64,000 bases of DNA, from contig NC_135760.1 in assembly GCF_052425735.1 (NCBI RefSeq), forward strand, positions 14,942,001-15,006,000, read 5' to 3'. The translations under genes and the position numbers were made by a program. The first letter of the stretch is position 1; each line of letters begins with the position of its first letter. The notes under the pieces were generated by a model. The model did not search any database. It had not been told where the DNA came from and saw nothing but the letters and a program-made list of their open reading frames with translations. The stretch comes from Oculina patagonica (taxonomy: Eukaryota). Below are positions 62,301-64,000 of this stretch, piece after piece.

Positions 62301-64000
62301 ACTGGGGAAACTCTCCCTGTTCCTAAAGATTCCCACCCGATCATGTCAAACAAAAAAGACAGCTCTTCTTCACCAGCTCAGAATGGAATAGCACCCTCCG
62401 CCTTCGCAAAACAAAATGGCATTTCGTCATCGACAAAGTTGCATTTAACCGATAATGTTTCGAGCTCCACGTCAGCTGTAAATAGTGTCCTCGGATCCTC
62501 AAAAAGTCAAGCTGCAGTAATTTCACAAAGCATACAAGCAAATGAAGCTTCCACATTGGGCTCGGTTAGACCACTCCAAACAGTTAACCATAATTCTGCT
62601 TCAGCCACGACTGATGCAGTAAAAAGACCTTTAGAGTTGTCAACAAATCCAACACAAAAGCCGCAAGTTTCTACTGCAATACAGCCGCTTGAGGATATTA
62701 CAGAAGGGTTGGTAAAGAGCTTTCTTAGCAGCAAGTTTGGACAGGCGCTTGGCAAAAGTCTTCTTGACTCTGGTACAATTGAGGACTCCTCTTATAAAAA
62801 TATACTTGCACAACATTTCGGTTCTAGCGCCAAACCAACCTCATCGCCAGCAAAACAAATTCCCGCAAACCAAGATTTGATTGCCAACCTCGTTTCAGGC
62901 CTGATACACAAACCCACAAAGCAAGATTCAACAGGCAACTCGGCTTTGAACAAGAACAATGAGAAGGAGATCTCAAAGCCTGTTAAACAAGACTCCACTA
63001 ACAACTTGTCTTCTCCAACTGTTTCAATAGGAAATAAAGTTTTCTCATTGACTGACTTGGCAAATTCTTTGCTTAATGAAAAGCCAGCTTCGAGTAAATC
63101 AAAAAATGTAAATAAAGATATCCATCCAGTCAAGCAGCGAAACAAAGAAAAAATTAGAAGACTTGATGAAAAGATTGCCACATTGGAAACTTTAAGTGAT
63201 GCTTTAGACGCTTTAACAAATCAGCTATCGCCAGACGAAACGTCAGAAGGCGAACAGAAACACAAGGAAATCTCGCTCAGCTCCGACAAACCAATTATCC
63301 AAGAACAACGACCTAACAAGCATCACACACATCATCATAAGAGCGACCCATTCTCTGAAGATCTAGACATGTTGAGTGCACTTTTAGCACGGGACACAAC
63401 TCTACCGCACACAGAAAAGAAAAAGCCTGTCGTTTCCAAAAATGATAAAGACTCGACCACTATCGTGGGGATAAAAGGAAAAAAAGGGTTGAGCTCAGCA
63501 GACCTAGAAATGTTGCAAAACAAAATCAATCAAGCCATAGAAATGGCCGAAGCCGTGGGACGACAGCACAATACCGCTTCGCAAGCCAAGTCAGCCACTT
63601 CGTCGTCTTCTTCTTCTTCTTCTTCTTCTTCTGCTTCTTCTTTCTTGCCTCTTCTTATGGCAGGAAAAGTAAGTGAAGACGTCGGAGCACAAACACGGGA
63701 AGAAGTGGCAAAAATTCACACCAATAGTGTCGCTTCGAAAGGAACCTTGCCGTCTAAGGATCATGAAATGCAAAGCTTGCAAGCTATTTTAACAAGGCTT
63801 ATTGACAGCGCTATGCGGAAGGGAACATTGAACCAGTTAGTGCAAACATGGGGTCGTAGTGGAAGTCCATTTGCAGACATAGCGAAAAACATTTCACTAT
63901 ATTTACAAGGCAATAGCAAGCTTAAGACGCCAATTTCGAGACTGGGAAGCAAACAAACCGCGGTCGTCACCCAACCTAAAACGAACACTGGTGCAACAGT
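59385..64000 (+). CDS. Secreted double SUEL/RBL-like protein 3 with long Ser/Thr/Lys-rich tail, 3'-partial (exons 59385-59475, 60840-60899, 61082-61696, 62062->64000)
   Basis: Signal-like MKKHLVIVVWLLSAVLIDKAVS; two SUEL domains (AFWGR...HCPGVNKYL; AYWGR...HCPGIDKYA). The exon from 62062 reads without a stop to the window end (DPSRDSGKKLLELPQ...PKTNTGAT). Confidence 0.83.
60177..60592. repeat. Interspersed repeat with CCGGGGGG...CCCCCCGG termini
   Basis: Inverted G/C-rich ends and repeated internal TACCCCTTTC(G/A)TATACCT motifs. Confidence 0.55.

Overview
Eukaryotic, intron-rich genomic DNA, most likely a cnidarian and probably a stony coral (inferred from domain content and MITE/SINE types, not verified). 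Positions 1-47679 hold the 3' part of one giant + strand gene. I traced 58 exons by hand with consistent splice phase (about 17.1 kb of CDS, >5,700 aa, 5' end outside the window). Domain order: Asp/Glu-rich region + CPPC; VWA1; about 1,230 aa of interrupted (Gly-Gly-Pro)n with K/T/P spacers; VWA2; nine tandem cationic LamG/ConA-like domains separated by Pro-rich micro-exons; VWA3; VWA4; seven cationic, Cys-depleted WSC-like modules interleaved with (Arg-Pro)n; a 344-aa exon that is about 46% Arg+Lys with no Asp, Glu or Pro; and a terminal LamG/pentraxin-like domain. Directly downstream on the same strand are three paralogous secreted double-SUEL (rhamnose-binding-lectin-like) genes with altered binding motifs and unrelated tails. 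The third runs off the window in an open exon the ORF track missed. Two identical tRNA-Lys(CTT) genes lie in the introns flanking one LamG exon. Introns carry hAT-like and Kolobok-like non-autonomous transposons, MITEs and SINE fragments. The minus-strand (GPP)n collagen-like ORFs are antisense shadows. The leading hypothesis (inference) is an undescribed extracellular glue, elastic-fibre or cnida matrix system: a giant charge-polarised elastomeric protein plus a linked lectin cluster.
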